Assembly: GCA_963700145.1 (NCBI GenBank)
Contig: OY969474.1
Span: forward strand, 64,001-128,000
Length of the DNA: 64,000 bases
Reading direction: 5' to 3'
Source of the DNA: an uncultured Acidobacteriota bacterium
GTDB taxonomy: Bacteria > Acidobacteriota > Thermoanaerobaculia > Multivoradales > UBA5704
Below are positions 1-11,774 of the stretch, piece after piece (within the stretch, counting starts at the first letter, position 1; every line of letters starts with the position of its first letter). A model generated the notes under the pieces. That model was not told where the DNA came from. It searched no databases and was given only the letters and a program-made list of their open reading frames with translations. Position numbers and translations under genes: made by a program.

Positions 1-3000
1 GTCGAAGAGCCGGAAGTCCCGCCCCAGCGTCTGCTCGCCGTCCTGCCAGGTGAGGTGCCCGCGGCTCAGCCAACGCCCCGACCGCCGCTTCTCCCAGTGG
101 AGGGTGAGCGCGCGGTCGTCCCGCCGCCGGTCGCCGTTGGCGAGGAGGGTGCCCCCGGTCCAGGCGAGGCCTGGCCGGAGGTCCCAGAACGGGACGTCGT
201 AGGCGGCGCCATCCGGCAGCGTGCCGATCAGGCGGCCGGCGGGGACCCAGTCGGCGGCGGTGGCGAGGAAGACGTCGCCGGTCGCGGCGTCGCGCACCCG
301 CAGGCGCTCCTCGAGCAGGTGGTGGGTGCGCCGCCAGGTGGCGCGCAGGCCAACGACGAAGTCCCAGCCGAGCGTGCGCTCGATGCCGAGCACCGCTTCG
401 TCGGTGAGCTCCGGGCGGAGGTCGCGGCTCACGGCGTCGGGGTCGAGCTCCGGGCGCAGCGGGTCCCGGCCGTCGCCTGACCAGGGGATCGCCGGCCCGC
501 CGCCGGCCTCGGGAAGCCGGAGGAAAAGCGCTCCGGGTGCGCCGGGGTCGGCGTGCCAGACGGCCTGCGGACCGAGGCGCGCGGCGAAGCGGCCGGCCGA
601 GGCGCGCACCAGAGTTTCGTCCTCCGCGCCGAGCGTCCAGGTCAGGCCGAGGCGGGGCGCCGGCGTCCAGACACGGCCGGCGCCGCCGAGGTCCTGCCCG
701 TCGAAGCGCAGGCCGAGGACCGCGGTCAGCGGGCCGGTCGTGAGCAGGTCCTGGGTCCACAGGCTGAAGGTCTCCGTCGCGGCGCGCCCAGAGCCGCGCC
801 AGAGCTCGGCCAGCTCGAGCCCCGCCGGCAGCCCGACGCTCTCGCCGGCCGTCGCGATCGAGCCGGGCGGGATCAGGGCGCGCGCCTCGTCCTCGGCCCG
901 CCACCCCAGGCCACCGGTCATCGTGTGCTCCGCGCGGTCGCTGAGCCAGAGCGACGCGTGGAGCCGCGCCTCGCGCATCCGCCGCTGGTCGTCGAAGAGA
1001 AACCAGCCGCCGCGGGCGATCCCCGCGGCGTCGAACCGCAGGTCGCCGGCTTCTTCCGGCGTCTCCCGCCGGGCGCGATCGACGCCCGCCAGCAGCGCGC
1101 CGGCGTAGGACGAGCCGCTCATGAGGTAGGTGGCCTCGCCCTTCCAGACGTCCTCCCGGCCGTCCAGTCGCAACATGGTCTCCGGTGCACGGCCCGGCCC
1201 GGCTCCCACTCCCGCCCCGTCGTGGTCGCCGCGCCGCCAGAGCAGCTCGGCGGACGCCGTGTCGCCGAGCTGTGCGTTGAGCTTGAGCCCTTCGCTTTGC
1301 CGCGACTCCGCCGCCGCCTGGCCGCCGAGCGCCGTGCGCTCGCTCTCGTCGCGGCCGGCGTGGGCCCAGAACCAGAGATGGTCGGTACGCAGCGGGCCGC
1401 CGCCCTCGGCGTCGACCACCCGCAGCGCGTCGAGCCGGTTGGCGGGGGGGTCGCTCCGCTCCGCGGCGAGCCCGCCGCCGCCCCACAGCGCGGAGACCGA
1501 GCCCCGCCACTCGGAGGTGCCGCGCGGCCGGATCAGTTGCAAGCGCGCTTCCGCCGTCTCCAGCGTCACGTCGGCGCCGCCGGTGGCGACCTGGACCTCC
1601 TCGAAGGTGTCGAAGTCGTAGGCACCTGGCGATGCGGCCGTGGCGCCCGAGTCGGTGACGACCACGCCGTCGACCGCGACCTGGCCGGGGCTCGCGGCGA
1701 GGACGCTCCAGGGGTCCCGCGCCGTCGGGATTCTCGCCAGCTCGGTTTGCGAGACGACGGAGCCGGTCGAGAGCCGGCGCGCGTCGAGGAGCGGCGACTC
1801 GGAGGTGACGGTGATGCATTCCTGCACCGAGCCACCCGCCCCGGAGCCGCCCGCCGCGGAGCCCTGCGGCTGGTTGAGAGGCAGCACGTGCGGCGACGCC
1901 GCGACCCCCGCAGGTGCCGTGATCTCTTCGTCGACCGCCACGAGGCTGGTGTAGGGCGTGACGAGGTGGTGCCGCAGCCCGAGCGCGACGACCTCGCGGC
2001 GCACCTCGCCGGCGTCGGCGCCCTCCAGCAAGCCGTCGGTGAGCGCCTGGACCTTGCGGCCGGCCCACAGCTTGTCGAGCCCGGCCGCCTTGACCTCGAC
2101 GGCGGCGGGCAGCTCCTCGCGCCAGCTCCGGCCGCCGCGCTCGCCGGCCACGGCCACGGACCCGGGCTCGCGCAGGCGGGCGGCGACGATGAGGGGCTCG
2201 CCCAGGTAGAGGTCGGGCACGCGCCGCGGCCAGGCCTCGGTGTCGGCGTCGGACCACGCGACCTCGATCTCGCGCAGCATCGGCGCCTCCAGGCGGGCGA
2301 AGAGGTCGGCCATGCCGGAGGCGACACGGTCGAGGGTGGGGAGGTGCGTCCACGACCCCCGTCCCAGCTCGGCCGCCCGCCGCAGGAACGGGACGTTGGG
2401 GGCGGCGCCGATGGCGACGGTGAAGAGGCGCCGCTCGCCGAGGCGCTCGGCGAGGGTGCGCAGGATGGTCATCTCGTTGTCGACCCTGCCGTCGGTGATG
2501 AAGATGACCTGCCGCACCAGGCCTCGGCCCTCGTCTCCCTGAAGGGCGCGCTCGAGAGCCGGCAGCATCTGGGTGCCGTCGTCCGCCACCAGCGCGCGGA
2601 CGAAGCGTCGCGCCTCCTCGACGTTGACCGGGCTCGCCGGGACGCTGTCGGGGAAGAGCGGCACGACGGTGTCGTCGAAGTCGATGACGTTGAACCGGTC
2701 GGCCGGGCCGAGACGGCCCAGCGCCAGGAGGAGCGCCTCCTGCGCCTGCTCCATCGCCGACCCGTGCATCGAGCCCGAGCTGTCGATGACGAAGAGGGTC
2801 TCGCGCGGCAGGCGGTCGGCGACCGCCTCGGCGTCGGCGGGCGGCAGCACCATCAGCAGCGCGTAGCGCTCGCCGTCCACCTCCTCGGCGAAGAAGACCG
2901 ACCGCGGCTCGCGGCCGGCGGCGGCCGCCCACTCGAGGACGAAGTCGCCGTCGGCGGCGGCGAGGCCGCCGGCGAGGTCGACCGCCCAGCGCGGCTGCCG

Positions 3001-3723
3001 GCGATCGCTCTCGACGGCGACGTCGTGCGTGGGGCTGTCGATCCACGCCAGCGGGAAGCCGGGCGCGAGATCGACGTGCAGGCCGAACGGATTGATCGGC
3101 GACCCGGCGAGGGGCGGCTGCGGCAACCGGGGCCCGGACGCGGCGCTCGCGGAGCCGGGCACCGGCTCCGCCGGTGTGTAGCGCGGCGCCGCCAGGGTCG
3201 GGAAGCGGAGGACAAATCGGCCGCGCTCGTAGCGCACCACCTGCTGCAGCTCGATCGCCACCTCCACCGTCTCGCCCGGGCCGATGTTGGCGACCGAGCT
3301 GGTGAAGAGGTCCGGCCGGAGCTGCTCGAGGAGCGACGCCCTGCGTCCCTCCGCGGCGGCCGTGGCGAAGGTCTGCCGCGCCTCGGCCGTCTCCTGAACG
3401 ACGCCTTCGATGACGCGGCCGTCGACGACGAAGCGCAGCGTGTCCACCGCCGCGCCGTCGGGCAGCGGGAAGAGGTAGATCCCTGTCAGCCACTGTCGCG
3501 TCGGGTTGGCGAAGATCTGGGTGACGCGCGAGCGCGCGACGACGCCGGTCACCCGCACCTCGATGGTGGTGCCCAGGACCGGCGCGGCGACCTCGGAGCC
3601 GTCCACCTCCGAGCGCAGCACGAGGCCGCATTCCGGTGTGAAGGGGCGGCCCGTTTCGGCGGCGGCGCCCGCCCGAGAAACGATCAAGAGAGAGAGGAAG
3701 AAACCACCCGCGATGGATCGCAT
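1..3723 (-). CDS. Secreted VIT + vWA domain protein fused to a TonB-dependent-receptor-like (Oar-type) plug/beta-barrel; 3' end lies outside the window
   Basis: Missing from the ORF track because there is no stop inside the window. GGAGG RBS and ATG at 3723. Signal peptide MRSIAGGFFLSLLIVSRAGAAA; VIT region (TQIFANPT..GIYLFPLPDGAAVD); vWA MIDAS (FVIDSSGSM); LRHHLVTPYTSLVAVD. Then ITVTSESPLLD..IPTARDPWSVL..FEEVQVATGG and barrel strands (LGLRFD, PRLGLTWTL, ELTDEAVLGIER). Confidence 0.85.
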   Translation of the reverse strand, partial: MRSIAGGFFLSLLIVSRAGAAAETGRPFTPECGLVLRSEVDGSEVAAPVLGTTIEVRVTGVVARSRVTQIFANPTRQWLTGIYLFPLPDGAAVDTLRFVVDGRVIEGVVQETAEARQTFATAAAEGRRASLLEQLRPDLFTSSVANIGPGETVEVAIELQQVVRYERGRFVLRFPTLAAPRYTPAEPVPGSASAASGPRLPQPPLAGSPINPFGLHVDLAPGFPLAWIDSPTHDVAVESDRRQPRWAVDLAGGLAAADGDFVLEWAAAAGREPRSVFFAEEVDGERYALLMVLPPADAEAVADRLPRETLFVIDSSGSMHGSAMEQAQEALLLALGRLGPADRFNVIDFDDTVVPLFPDSVPASPVNVEEARRFVRALVADDGTQMLPALERALQGDEGRGLVRQVIFITDGRVDNEMTILRTLAERLGERRLFTVAIGAAPNVPFLRRAAELGRGSWTHLPTLDRVASGMADLFARLEAPMLREIEVAWSDADTEAWPRRVPDLYLGEPLIVAARLREPGSVAVAGERGGRSWREELPAAVEVKAAGLDKLWAGRKVQALTDGLLEGADAGEVRREVVALGLRHHLVTPYTSLVAVDEEITAPAGVAASPHVLPLNQPQGSAAGGSGAGGSVQECITVTSESPLLDARRLSTGSVVSQTELARIPTARDPWSVLAASPGQVAVDGVVVTDSGATAASPGAYDFDTFEEVQVATGGADVTLETAEARLQLIRPRGTSEWRGSVSALWGGGGLAAERSDPPANRLDALRVVDAEGGGPLRTDHLWFWAHAGRDESERTALGGQAAAESRQSEGLKLNAQLGDTASAELLWRRGDHDGAGVGAGPGRAPETMLRLDGREDVWKGEATYLMSGSSYAGALLAGVDRARRETPEEAGDLRFDAAGIARGGWFLFDDQRRMREARLHASLWLSDRAEHTMTGGLGWRAEDEARALIPPGSIATAGESVGLPAGLELAELWRGSGRAATETFSLWTQDLLTTGPLTAVLGLRFDGQDLGGAGRVWTPAPRLGLTWTLGAEDETLVRASAGRFAARLGPQAVWHADPGAPGALFLRLPEAGGGPAIPWSGDGRDPLRPELDPDAVSRDLRPELTDEAVLGIERTLGWDFVVGLRATWRRTHHLLEERLRVRDAATGDVFLATAADWVPAGRLIGTLPDGAAYDVPFWDLRPGLAWTGGTLLANGDRRRDDRALTLHWEKRRSGRWLSRGHLTWQDGEQTLGRDFRLFD

Positions 3724-3986
3724 GTCCCGCCTCCATGGGGCCGTCCTCCCTCTGAGACGGTCCAAGAAATCTGGCGATCCGGAAGGAGCAACCGTGGTGC
3801 CACGGCGCCCGCGAGCGGCGGCCGCGGCGATGCTTCAAGTTCAGGTATCGAGCCGATTCAACCGCTTGATCGAAAACGGCTGGCGAGAAGGAAATGTGAT
3901 CGATTCGTCCACGGTCGGGGACGACGGCGTCCTGCCGCCGCGGGTTGAAGCCGGACCGCGGCCCGGAGTATCGTGCCTCGTTGTCA

Positions 3987-5048
3987 ATGATCCACTGGAA
4001 AGAAACCGCGGAGGTCCTGGCGCGGCTCGACGAGCTGGCGGGGGCGGGACGCCGGGCGGCGCTGGCCACGGTGGTGCGCATCGCCGGCTCCGCCTATCGG
4101 CGGCCCGGCGCCAAGCTCCTGGTGGAGGAGAGGGGCGGCGCGCTGGGGAGCGTCAGCGGCGGCTGTCTCGAGGCCGACGTGCGCGAGGTGGCGCAGGCGG
4201 TCATGGCGACGGGGAAGCCGACCCTGCGTCATTACGACACCGGCAGCGACGAGGACGCCGTCTGGGGGCTCGGGCTGGGCTGCAACGGGCTGGTGGACGT
4301 CCTGGTGCAGCCGGCGACCGAGGGGCCGCTGGCGGCGCTCGCCGGCCGCTGGCGGGAGCTGCTGGCGGGGGATGCGCCGTTCGCGATGCTGACGACCGTC
4401 GCGGAGGGGGAGGAGCTGGGGGCCGCGCGGCTCGTCGCCCCCGGCGAGCGCCTCCCGGCGCTCCCGCTCACGGGCGGCGCCGGCGTGCACGAGCTGGCCG
4501 GCCGCTCCGTCTTCGTCGAGCCGTTCGTGCCGCCGCCCCAGCTGCTCGTCTGCGGCGCCGGCGACGACGCCATCCCGCTCGTCGCCTACGCGGCCGACGC
4601 CGGCTTCCGCGTCACGGTGGCCGATCACCGGCCGGCGCTCCTCGAGCCGGGGCGCTTCCCGCGCGCGGCGCGCCTCCTCCCGGCCCGCGCGGAGGAGCCG
4701 GACCTGGCGCTGCCGTCCGCCGCGCGCACCCTGGCGGTGGTGAAGACCCACTCGCTGGCGCACGACCGCGCCTGGGTGCGGCGCCTCCTCGCGGCGGGCC
4801 TGGCCTACGTCGGCCTGCTGGGGCCGCGGGAGCGGACGCGCGCCATCCTGCGCGACCTCGGCGCCGAAGGGGACGAGCGGGTCTTCGGCCCGGTCGGCCT
4901 CGACCTCGGCGCCGACGGTCCCTGGCAGGTGGCGACGAGCATCGTCGCCGAGCTGCTCGCCTTCGGCGCGCGGCGCGAGCCGCGCCACCTGTCGCAGCGG
5001 GACGAGGCGATCCACACCGGGGAGCGCGACCTCGCCCGGCCGGGTTGA
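3987..5048 (+). CDS. xdhC: XdhC/CoxI family molybdoenzyme accessory (maturation) protein
   Basis: [56 protein letters not shown]; lies directly upstream of the cox cluster. Confidence 0.9.
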   Translation: MIHWKETAEVLARLDELAGAGRRAALATVVRIAGSAYRRPGAKLLVEERGGALGSVSGGCLEADVREVAQAVMATGKPTLRHYDTGSDEDAVWGLGLGCNGLVDVLVQPATEGPLAALAGRWRELLAGDAPFAMLTTVAEGEELGAARLVAPGERLPALPLTGGAGVHELAGRSVFVEPFVPPPQLLVCGAGDDAIPLVAYAADAGFRVTVADHRPALLEPGRFPRAARLLPARAEEPDLALPSAARTLAVVKTHSLAHDRAWVRRLLAAGLAYVGLLGPRERTRAILRDLGAEGDERVFGPVGLDLGADGPWQVATSIVAELLAFGARREPRHLSQRDEAIHTGERDLARPG

Positions 5049-5115
5049 ACCCGCTCGGGCCTCGTGCTATGAACCGGCCACGTTCCCGCCTCACCTCCCG
5101 GACAGGAGGTCTCCG

Positions 5116-5626
<511 letters not shown>

Positions 5627-5637
5627 GGGGAGGGACC

Positions 5638-8022
5638 ATGGCCTCACGCATCTTCGGCTCCGGCATCAAGCGCCGCGAGGACCCGCGGCTGATCACCGGC
5701 CAGGCCAAGTACACCGACGACATCATGCTCCCCGGCATGGCCCACGCTGGCCGTCGTGCGCAGTCGCCGCACGCCCACGCCCGCATCACGCGCGATCGAC
5801 GCCTCGCGCGCCGCGCGAGCGTGCCCGGCGTCCTCGCCGTCTACACCGGCGCCGACATGAAGGACGCCGGCTTCGGCGGCATCCCCTGCGCCTGGGTCGT
5901 GCCCGAACTCCGAGACCAAGACGCCGGCGTATCCGCCGATCGCCATCGACACCGTCCGCTACGTCGGCGACGCGGTGGCGATCGTGGTGGCCGAGGACCG
6001 CTACGCCGCCCGCGACGCCGCCGACGCGGTCGAGGTGGACTACGAGCCGCTGCCGGCGGTCGCCGACGCCAGGAAGGCCGCGCAGCCCGGCGCGCCGCAG
6101 CTCCACGACGGAGGTGCCGGACAACGTCTGCTTCCACTGGCAGGTCAGCGGCGGCGACGTCGACGCGGCCTTCAGCGAGCGCCGACGTGGTCGGTCAAGG
6201 AGCGCATCGTCAACCAGCGCCTGATCCCCAACGCCATGGAGCCGCGCGGCGGCGCTCGCGCAGTACAACGCCGGCGATGGGCGAGCTGACGCTCTGGGTC
6301 ACCATCGCAGAACCCGCACATCGCCCGCTTCCTGCTCTCGCTGGCACGCTCGGCATGCCCGAGCACAAGATCCGCGTCATCGCGCCCGAGGTGGGCGGCG
6401 GCTTCGGCAGCAAGATCCCGCACTACCCGGAGGACATCGATGGTGGCCTTCGCCGCCAAGATGCTCGGGCGGCCGGTCAAGTGGACGGAGACGCGCAGCG
6501 AGAACTACCAGGCGACGATCCACGGCCGCGACCACGTGCAGGAGGTCGAGATGGCGGCACGCCAGCGACGGCACGATCCTCGGCCTCCGCGCCACCGTCT
6601 GGGCCAACCTCGGCGCCTACCTCTCGACCGCCTCGACCGGCATCCCGACGATCCTCCACGGGCTGATGCTCTCGGGCGTCTACGACATCCCGAACATCCA
6701 CGAGGACGTCTACGGCGTCTTCACCAACACGACGCCGGTGGACGCCTACCGCGGCGCCGGGCGGCCGGAGGCGACCTTCATCGTCGAGCGCCTGGTGGAC
6801 CTGGTGGCGCGCCGAGCTCGGGATGGACCCGGTCGAGGTGCGGCGCAAGAACTTCATCCCGCCGACGTTCCCGACGGCCACACCGTCGCGACCGGCGCTG
6901 ACCTACGACAGCGGCAACTACGCGGGCGCGCTCGACAAGGCGCTAGAGATGGCCGACTACCCGGCGCTTCCGCCGGCAGCAGGCGGAGCTGCGCGCCGCA
7001 GGGCCGCTACCTCGGGCATCGGCCTCTCGCACCTACATCGAGATCTGCGGCCTCGGGCCGTCGCAGGTGGCCGGCGCGGTCGGCTTCGGCGGCGGCCTCT
7101 GGGAGAGCGCCATCGTGCGCGTCCACCCCACCGGCAAGGTCCACGTCTTCATCGGCATCTCGCCGCACGGCCAGGGCGAGGAGACGACCTTCGCGCAGAT
7201 CGTGGCCGACGAGCTGGGCGTGCCCGTGGACGACGTGACGGTCGTCCACGGCGACACCGCGCAGACCCCGCAGGGCTGGGGCACCTACGGCAGCCGCCGC
7301 ACGGCCGTCGGCGGCCGGCGCGCTGATGGGCGGCGATCGGCAAGATCAAGGAGAAGGCGAAGCTCGTCGCCGCCCACCTGCTGGAGGCGGCGGCCGAGGA
7401 CATCGAGTACGCCGACGGCAAGTTCTTCGTCACGCGGCACGCCCGACGCAGGCGAAGACGATCCAGGACGTCGCGCTGATGGCCAACGTCGCCTGGAACT
7501 ACCCGCAGGGGCTCGAGCCGGGGCTGGAAGCCACGGCCTTCTTCGACCCGCCCAACTTCGTCTACCCCTTCGGCGCCCACATCGCGGTCGTCGAGGTCGA
7601 CGCCGAGACCGGCGAGGTCGAGCTGCAGCGCTACGTCGCGGTCGACGACTGCGGCCAGCGTCATCAACCCGATGATCGTCGACGGCCAGATCCACGGCGG
7701 CATCGCGCAGGGGGTCGGCCAGGCGCTCTGGGAGGGCGCGGTCTACGACGAGCAGGGCCAGCTCGCTGACCGGCACGATGATGGACTACGCGCTGCCCAA
7801 GGCGGACGCCTTCCCCAACTTCGAGCTGGGCATGACCGAGACGCCGTCGACCGTCAATCCGCTGGGCGTCAAGGGCATCGGCGAGACCGGGCACGATCGC
7901 CTCGACGCCCGCCGTCTACAACGCGGTCCTCGACGCGCTTGGCGCCGCTGGGCGTCAAGCAGGTCGACATGCCGTTGTCGCCCGAGCGGGTCTGGCGCGC
8001 CATCCGGGAAGCGAGGAGCTGA
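5638..8022 (+). pseudogene. coxL: Molybdopterin-binding large subunit, form II CoxL/xanthine dehydrogenase family; many frameshifts as assembled
   Basis: Fragments in shifting frames: [37 protein letters not shown] (form II AYxGAGR), [37 protein letters not shown]. Confidence 0.9.
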
Positions 8023-8026
8023 GGCC

Positions 8027-8894
8027 ATGTATCCCGCGAGCTTCGACTATCACCGGCCCGCCTCGCTGGCCGAGGCCGCCGACCTGCTGAAGAACGATCC
8101 CGACGCGCAAGCTGCTCGCCGGCGGGCACAGCCTGCTGCCGGCGATGAAGCTGCGCCTGTCGGTGCCGACGGCCCTCGTCGACCTCTCCGGGATCGCGGG
8201 GCTGGCGGGGATCGGGGACGCCGGCGGCGGCCTGGTCGATCGGCGCGATGACCACGCACGCGGCGGTGGCCGACTCCGACGGCGGTGCGCTCCGCGTGTC
8301 CCGCTGCTCGCCGAGACGGCGGCGCAGATCGGCGACCTCCAGGTGCGCAACCGCGGCACGATCGGCGGCTCCCTCGCGCACGCCGACCCGGCCGCCGACT
8401 ACCCGGCGCCGCTCACCGCTCTCGGCGCGACGCTGGAGATCGGCGGTGCCGCGGCGCGCACGGTGCCGGTGGAAGGCTTCTTCCAGGGGCTCTTCACGAC
8501 CGACCTCCAGCCCGGAGAGATCCTGACCGCGGTGCACGTGCCGGCCTACGGCCAGGGGACGGGCGGCGCCTACGTGAAGCACCGGCATCCCGCCTCGGGC
8601 TTCGCGGTCGTGGGCGTGGCGGCCCTGGTGACGGTCGAGGGCGGCACCTGCGCGAAGGTGAGCCTGGTCGTCGGCGGCGTCCAGACCAACCCCGTCCGCG
8701 CGCAGGCCGCCGAGGCGGCCCTCACCGGCCAAGCGCCGGGCGAAGCGGCCTTCGCCGCCGCCGCCGCCAAGGTCGCCGAGTCGCTCACCAAGCCGCTCTC
8801 CGACCTCTACGCCTCCGGCGAGTTCCGCGTGCACCTGGCGGGGGTGCTGGCCAAGCGGGCGCTGGCGCAGGCGGTGGAGCGGGCGGGGGCGTGA
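8027..8894 (+). pseudogene. coxM: FAD-binding medium subunit (CoxM/CutM); frameshifts in the 5' part
   Basis: MYPASFDYHRP, AGGHSLLPAMKLRL, QVRNRGTIGGSLAHADPAAD. Confidence 0.9.
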
Positions 8895-8968
8895 CTGGTC
8901 GCGTCGGCCGCGGCTGGTCGTAACCGCGGGCCGGCGTAGCCTCGCTGTCGCCTCGCTACAATGCCCCG

Positions 8969-9865
8969 GTGATCCCCGCCTCCATCGACGCGCTCCACGC
9001 CGCGCTGCGCGAGCGCCGCTACGTCGCGGACCGCGGACTGGCCACGGCGCTCTTCCTGGCGCTGAAGCTCGAGCGGCCCGCTCTTCCTCGAAGGGCGAGG
9101 CCGGGGTGGGCAAGACCGAGGTGGCGAAGGTGCTGGCCGATCTGCTGGGCGCGGAGCTGATCCGGCTCCAGTGCTACGAGGGGCTCGACGTCCACCAGGC
9201 CGTCTACGAGTGGAACTACGCGCGCCAGATGATGCACATCCGCCTGGCCGGAGGCGCGCGGACGAGCGGCCGACGCGAGGCGGACCTCTTCGGGCCGGAC
9301 TTCCTGCTCGCGCCGGCCGCTGCTGCAGGCGATCGAGGCGCCCGGCGACCCGCCGCCGGTGCTGCTGATCGACGAGGTGGACCGCAGCGACGAGGAGTTC
9401 GAGGCCTTCCTGCTGGAGGTGCTCTCCGACTTCCAGGTCACCATCCCGGAGATCGGCACCATCCAGGCGGTGCAGCCGCCGGTCGTGGTACTCACCTCCA
9501 ACCGCACCCGCGAGGTCCACGACGCGCTGAAGCGCCGCTGCCTCTACCACTGGATCGACTACCCCACGTTCGCGACGGAGGTCGCCATCGTGCGGTCCAA
9601 GGTGCCCGGGCGCCGCCGACGGGCTGGCGCGCCAGGTGGCGGCGCTTCGTCCAGGAGCTGCGCCGCGCCGAGCTGTACAAGGTGCCCGGCGTGGCCGAGA
9701 CGCTCGACTGGGCCGCGGCGCTCGTCGCCCTCGACGCCGAAGGCGCTCGACCCGGCGGTGGTGGACGACACGCTCGGCGTCCTGCTGAAGTATCAGGACG
9801 ACGTGGCGCGGATGAAGGGGGCCAACGCCGAGGCCATCGTGGACCGCGTCCGCGCGGCGGGGTAG
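8969..9865 (+). pseudogene. coxD: MoxR-family AAA+ ATPase (CoxD); several frameshifts
   Basis: Walker A (EGEAGVGKT, broken by an indel), LIRLQCYEGLD, Walker B LLIDEVDR, LTSNRTREVHDALKRRC. Confidence 0.88.
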
Positions 9866-9875
9866 GCGCGGCGCG

Positions 9876-11135
9876 ATGCAGCTCCTCCGCAACCTCCTGC
9901 TCTTCGGCCGGGTGCTGCGCGGCCTCGGCCTCGACGTCAGCCCGGCGCGGATGATCGACCTCGTCGCGGCGTTGCGGCTCCTCGACCTGGGGCGGAAGCA
10001 GGACGTCTACCACGCGATGCGCGCCCTCGTCGTCCACCGGCGCGAGGACATCGCGGCCTTCGACCAGGCCTTCGAGTTCTTCTGGCGCAAGCCCGCCGAG
10101 GGCTTCACCACCCTCGACCTGCGGGCGATGGGCGAGCGGCGCCGCTTCCGCCGGCCGCGGTTCGATCCGCCGGCGCCTCCCGACGCGGCGCCGGGCGGAG
10201 CGCAAGACCGGCCCGCCCCCGAGGCCCCGCCGACGCTGCGGGCGACGCTCACCTACAGCCCGGCCGAGGTGCTGCGCCACAAGGACTTCGCCGAGATGAC
10301 GGGCGAGGAGCTGGCCGAGGTCGAGCGGCTCCTGGCCGGCCTGGCGTGGCGGCTCGGGGAGCGGCGGACGCGGCGCTGGGCGGGCGGGCGCGGGCCGCGG
10401 CTCGACCTGCGGCGCAGCCTCCGCCGCAGCCTCCGCCACGGCGGCGAGATCCTCGACTGGGAGCGCCGCCGGCGGCGCGCGAAGCCGCGCCCGCTGGTGG
10501 TGCTGGCCGACGTCAGCGGCTCGATGGAGCGCTACACGCGGCTGCTGTTGCTCTTCCTCTACGCCTTGGCCGAGGGGCTGGAGCAGCGCGTCGAGGCCTT
10601 CGTCTTCGGCACTCGCTTGACCCGCGTCACCCGCCAGCTCCGCGGCCGCGACGTGGAATTGGCCCTGCGCGAGGTGTCGCGGGCGGTGCCGGACTGGTCG
10701 GGCGGGACCCGCATCGGCGAGGCCTTGCACGCCTTCAACTTCGCCTGGGGGAGGCGGGTGCCCGGCAGCGGCGCCGTTGTGCTGCTGATCAGCGACGGCT
10801 GGGACCGCGGCGAGCCCGAGCTGCTGCGCGGCGAGATGGCGCGCCTCCAGCGGAGCTGCCATCGGCTGGTGTGGCTGAACCCGCTGCTGGGCGCGCCGGA
10901 GTACGAGCCGCTGGCGCGCGGGATGCGGACGGCGCTCCCCTTCGTCGACGACTTCCTGCCGGTGCACAACCTGGCCAGCCTCGAGGAGCTGGCGCGGCGG
11001 CTCGAGGCGATCGACGAGCACCGGCCGCCGCGCCGGCAGGCGCCTGCGCTCCGTCTCCGAGACGAGGCCCCCGCGGCGCGTGCCGTTGAACGCCTCCCCC
11101 CGCTGGGCGTATGGTTGCCGCCGGAGCGGCCATGA
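9876..11135 (+). CDS. coxE: CoxE-like vWA domain protein
   Basis: LVVLADVSGSMERY, WSGGTRIGEAL, LISDGWDRG, WLNPLL; intact frame. Confidence 0.9.
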   Translation: MQLLRNLLLFGRVLRGLGLDVSPARMIDLVAALRLLDLGRKQDVYHAMRALVVHRREDIAAFDQAFEFFWRKPAEGFTTLDLRAMGERRRFRRPRFDPPAPPDAAPGGAQDRPAPEAPPTLRATLTYSPAEVLRHKDFAEMTGEELAEVERLLAGLAWRLGERRTRRWAGGRGPRLDLRRSLRRSLRHGGEILDWERRRRRAKPRPLVVLADVSGSMERYTRLLLLFLYALAEGLEQRVEAFVFGTRLTRVTRQLRGRDVELALREVSRAVPDWSGGTRIGEALHAFNFAWGRRVPGSGAVVLLISDGWDRGEPELLRGEMARLQRSCHRLVWLNPLLGAPEYEPLARGMRTALPFVDDFLPVHNLASLEELARRLEAIDEHRPPRRQAPALRLRDEAPAARAVERLPPLGVWLPPERP

Positions 11136-11749
11136 CCCACGACAACGAGCGCGGCGGCCCGGTCGCCGGCATCCTGCTCGCCGCCGGCACCTCGAGCCGG
11201 ATGGGGAGCAACAAGCTGCTCTTCGCGCTCGAGGGTGAGAGTCTGGTGCGGCGGGCGGCGCGGCGGGCCCTGGAGGCCGGGCTGTCACCGCTGCTCGTGG
11301 TGCTCGGCCACGAGGCGGAGCGGGCGGAGCGGGAGCTCCAGGACCTGCCGTGCGTGGTGGTGGTCAACGCCGCCTATGAGAGCGGCATCACCTCCTCGCT
11401 GCAGAGCGGCGTCGCCGCGCTACCCGCGGCGGCGCGGGCGATGGTGGTGATGCTCGCCGACATGCCTTTCGTGACCGCCGAGATGCTGGCCGGCCTCGCC
11501 GCACGCTGGCGGGCGGGCGCGGCGCCGCTCGTCATCTCCGACTACGAGGGGGTCAACGCCCCGCCCATGCTCTACGACCGCGCACTCTTCGGCGAGCTGC
11601 GCGCGATGCCGGTCGAGGGGGCAAGCGGCTGCGGTCGGCCGGTGGTCCAGCGCCACCGGGCGGAGGCGGAGGTGCTCGCCTGGCCGGCGGCGGCGCTCGC
11701 CGATCTGGACGTGCCCGAGGACTACGAGCGCCTGACGGCGCGGGAGTAG
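11132..11749 (+). CDS. mocA: Molybdenum cofactor cytidylyltransferase (MocA-like nucleotidyltransferase)
   Basis: ILLAAGTSSRMGSNKLL, LADMPFV, DLDVPEDY; ATGA overlap with coxE. Confidence 0.85.
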   Translation: MTHDNERGGPVAGILLAAGTSSRMGSNKLLFALEGESLVRRAARRALEAGLSPLLVVLGHEAERAERELQDLPCVVVVNAAYESGITSSLQSGVAALPAAARAMVVMLADMPFVTAEMLAGLAARWRAGAAPLVISDYEGVNAPPMLYDRALFGELRAMPVEGASGCGRPVVQRHRAEAEVLAWPAAALADLDVPEDYERLTARE

Positions 11750-11774
11750 TGCACCACCGCCTGAGGCCACGACC

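Noticed and set aside
3876-3912. CRP/FNR-like site upstream of xdhC
   Set aside because: Only one half-site (AAATGTGAT) matches; the second half is absent.
553-3948. 1131-aa plus-strand ORF, and similar giant ORFs (e.g. 28835-32905 -, 39409-42690 +, 53090-55915 +, 55845-59090 +)
   Set aside because: Antisense shadows of real genes in very GC-rich DNA; no motifs, and Arg/Ala/Gly-biased composition.
5638-8022. Programmed frameshifting, or a form I CO dehydrogenase
   Set aside because: There are too many irregular indels without slippery motifs, and the active-site motif is form II.
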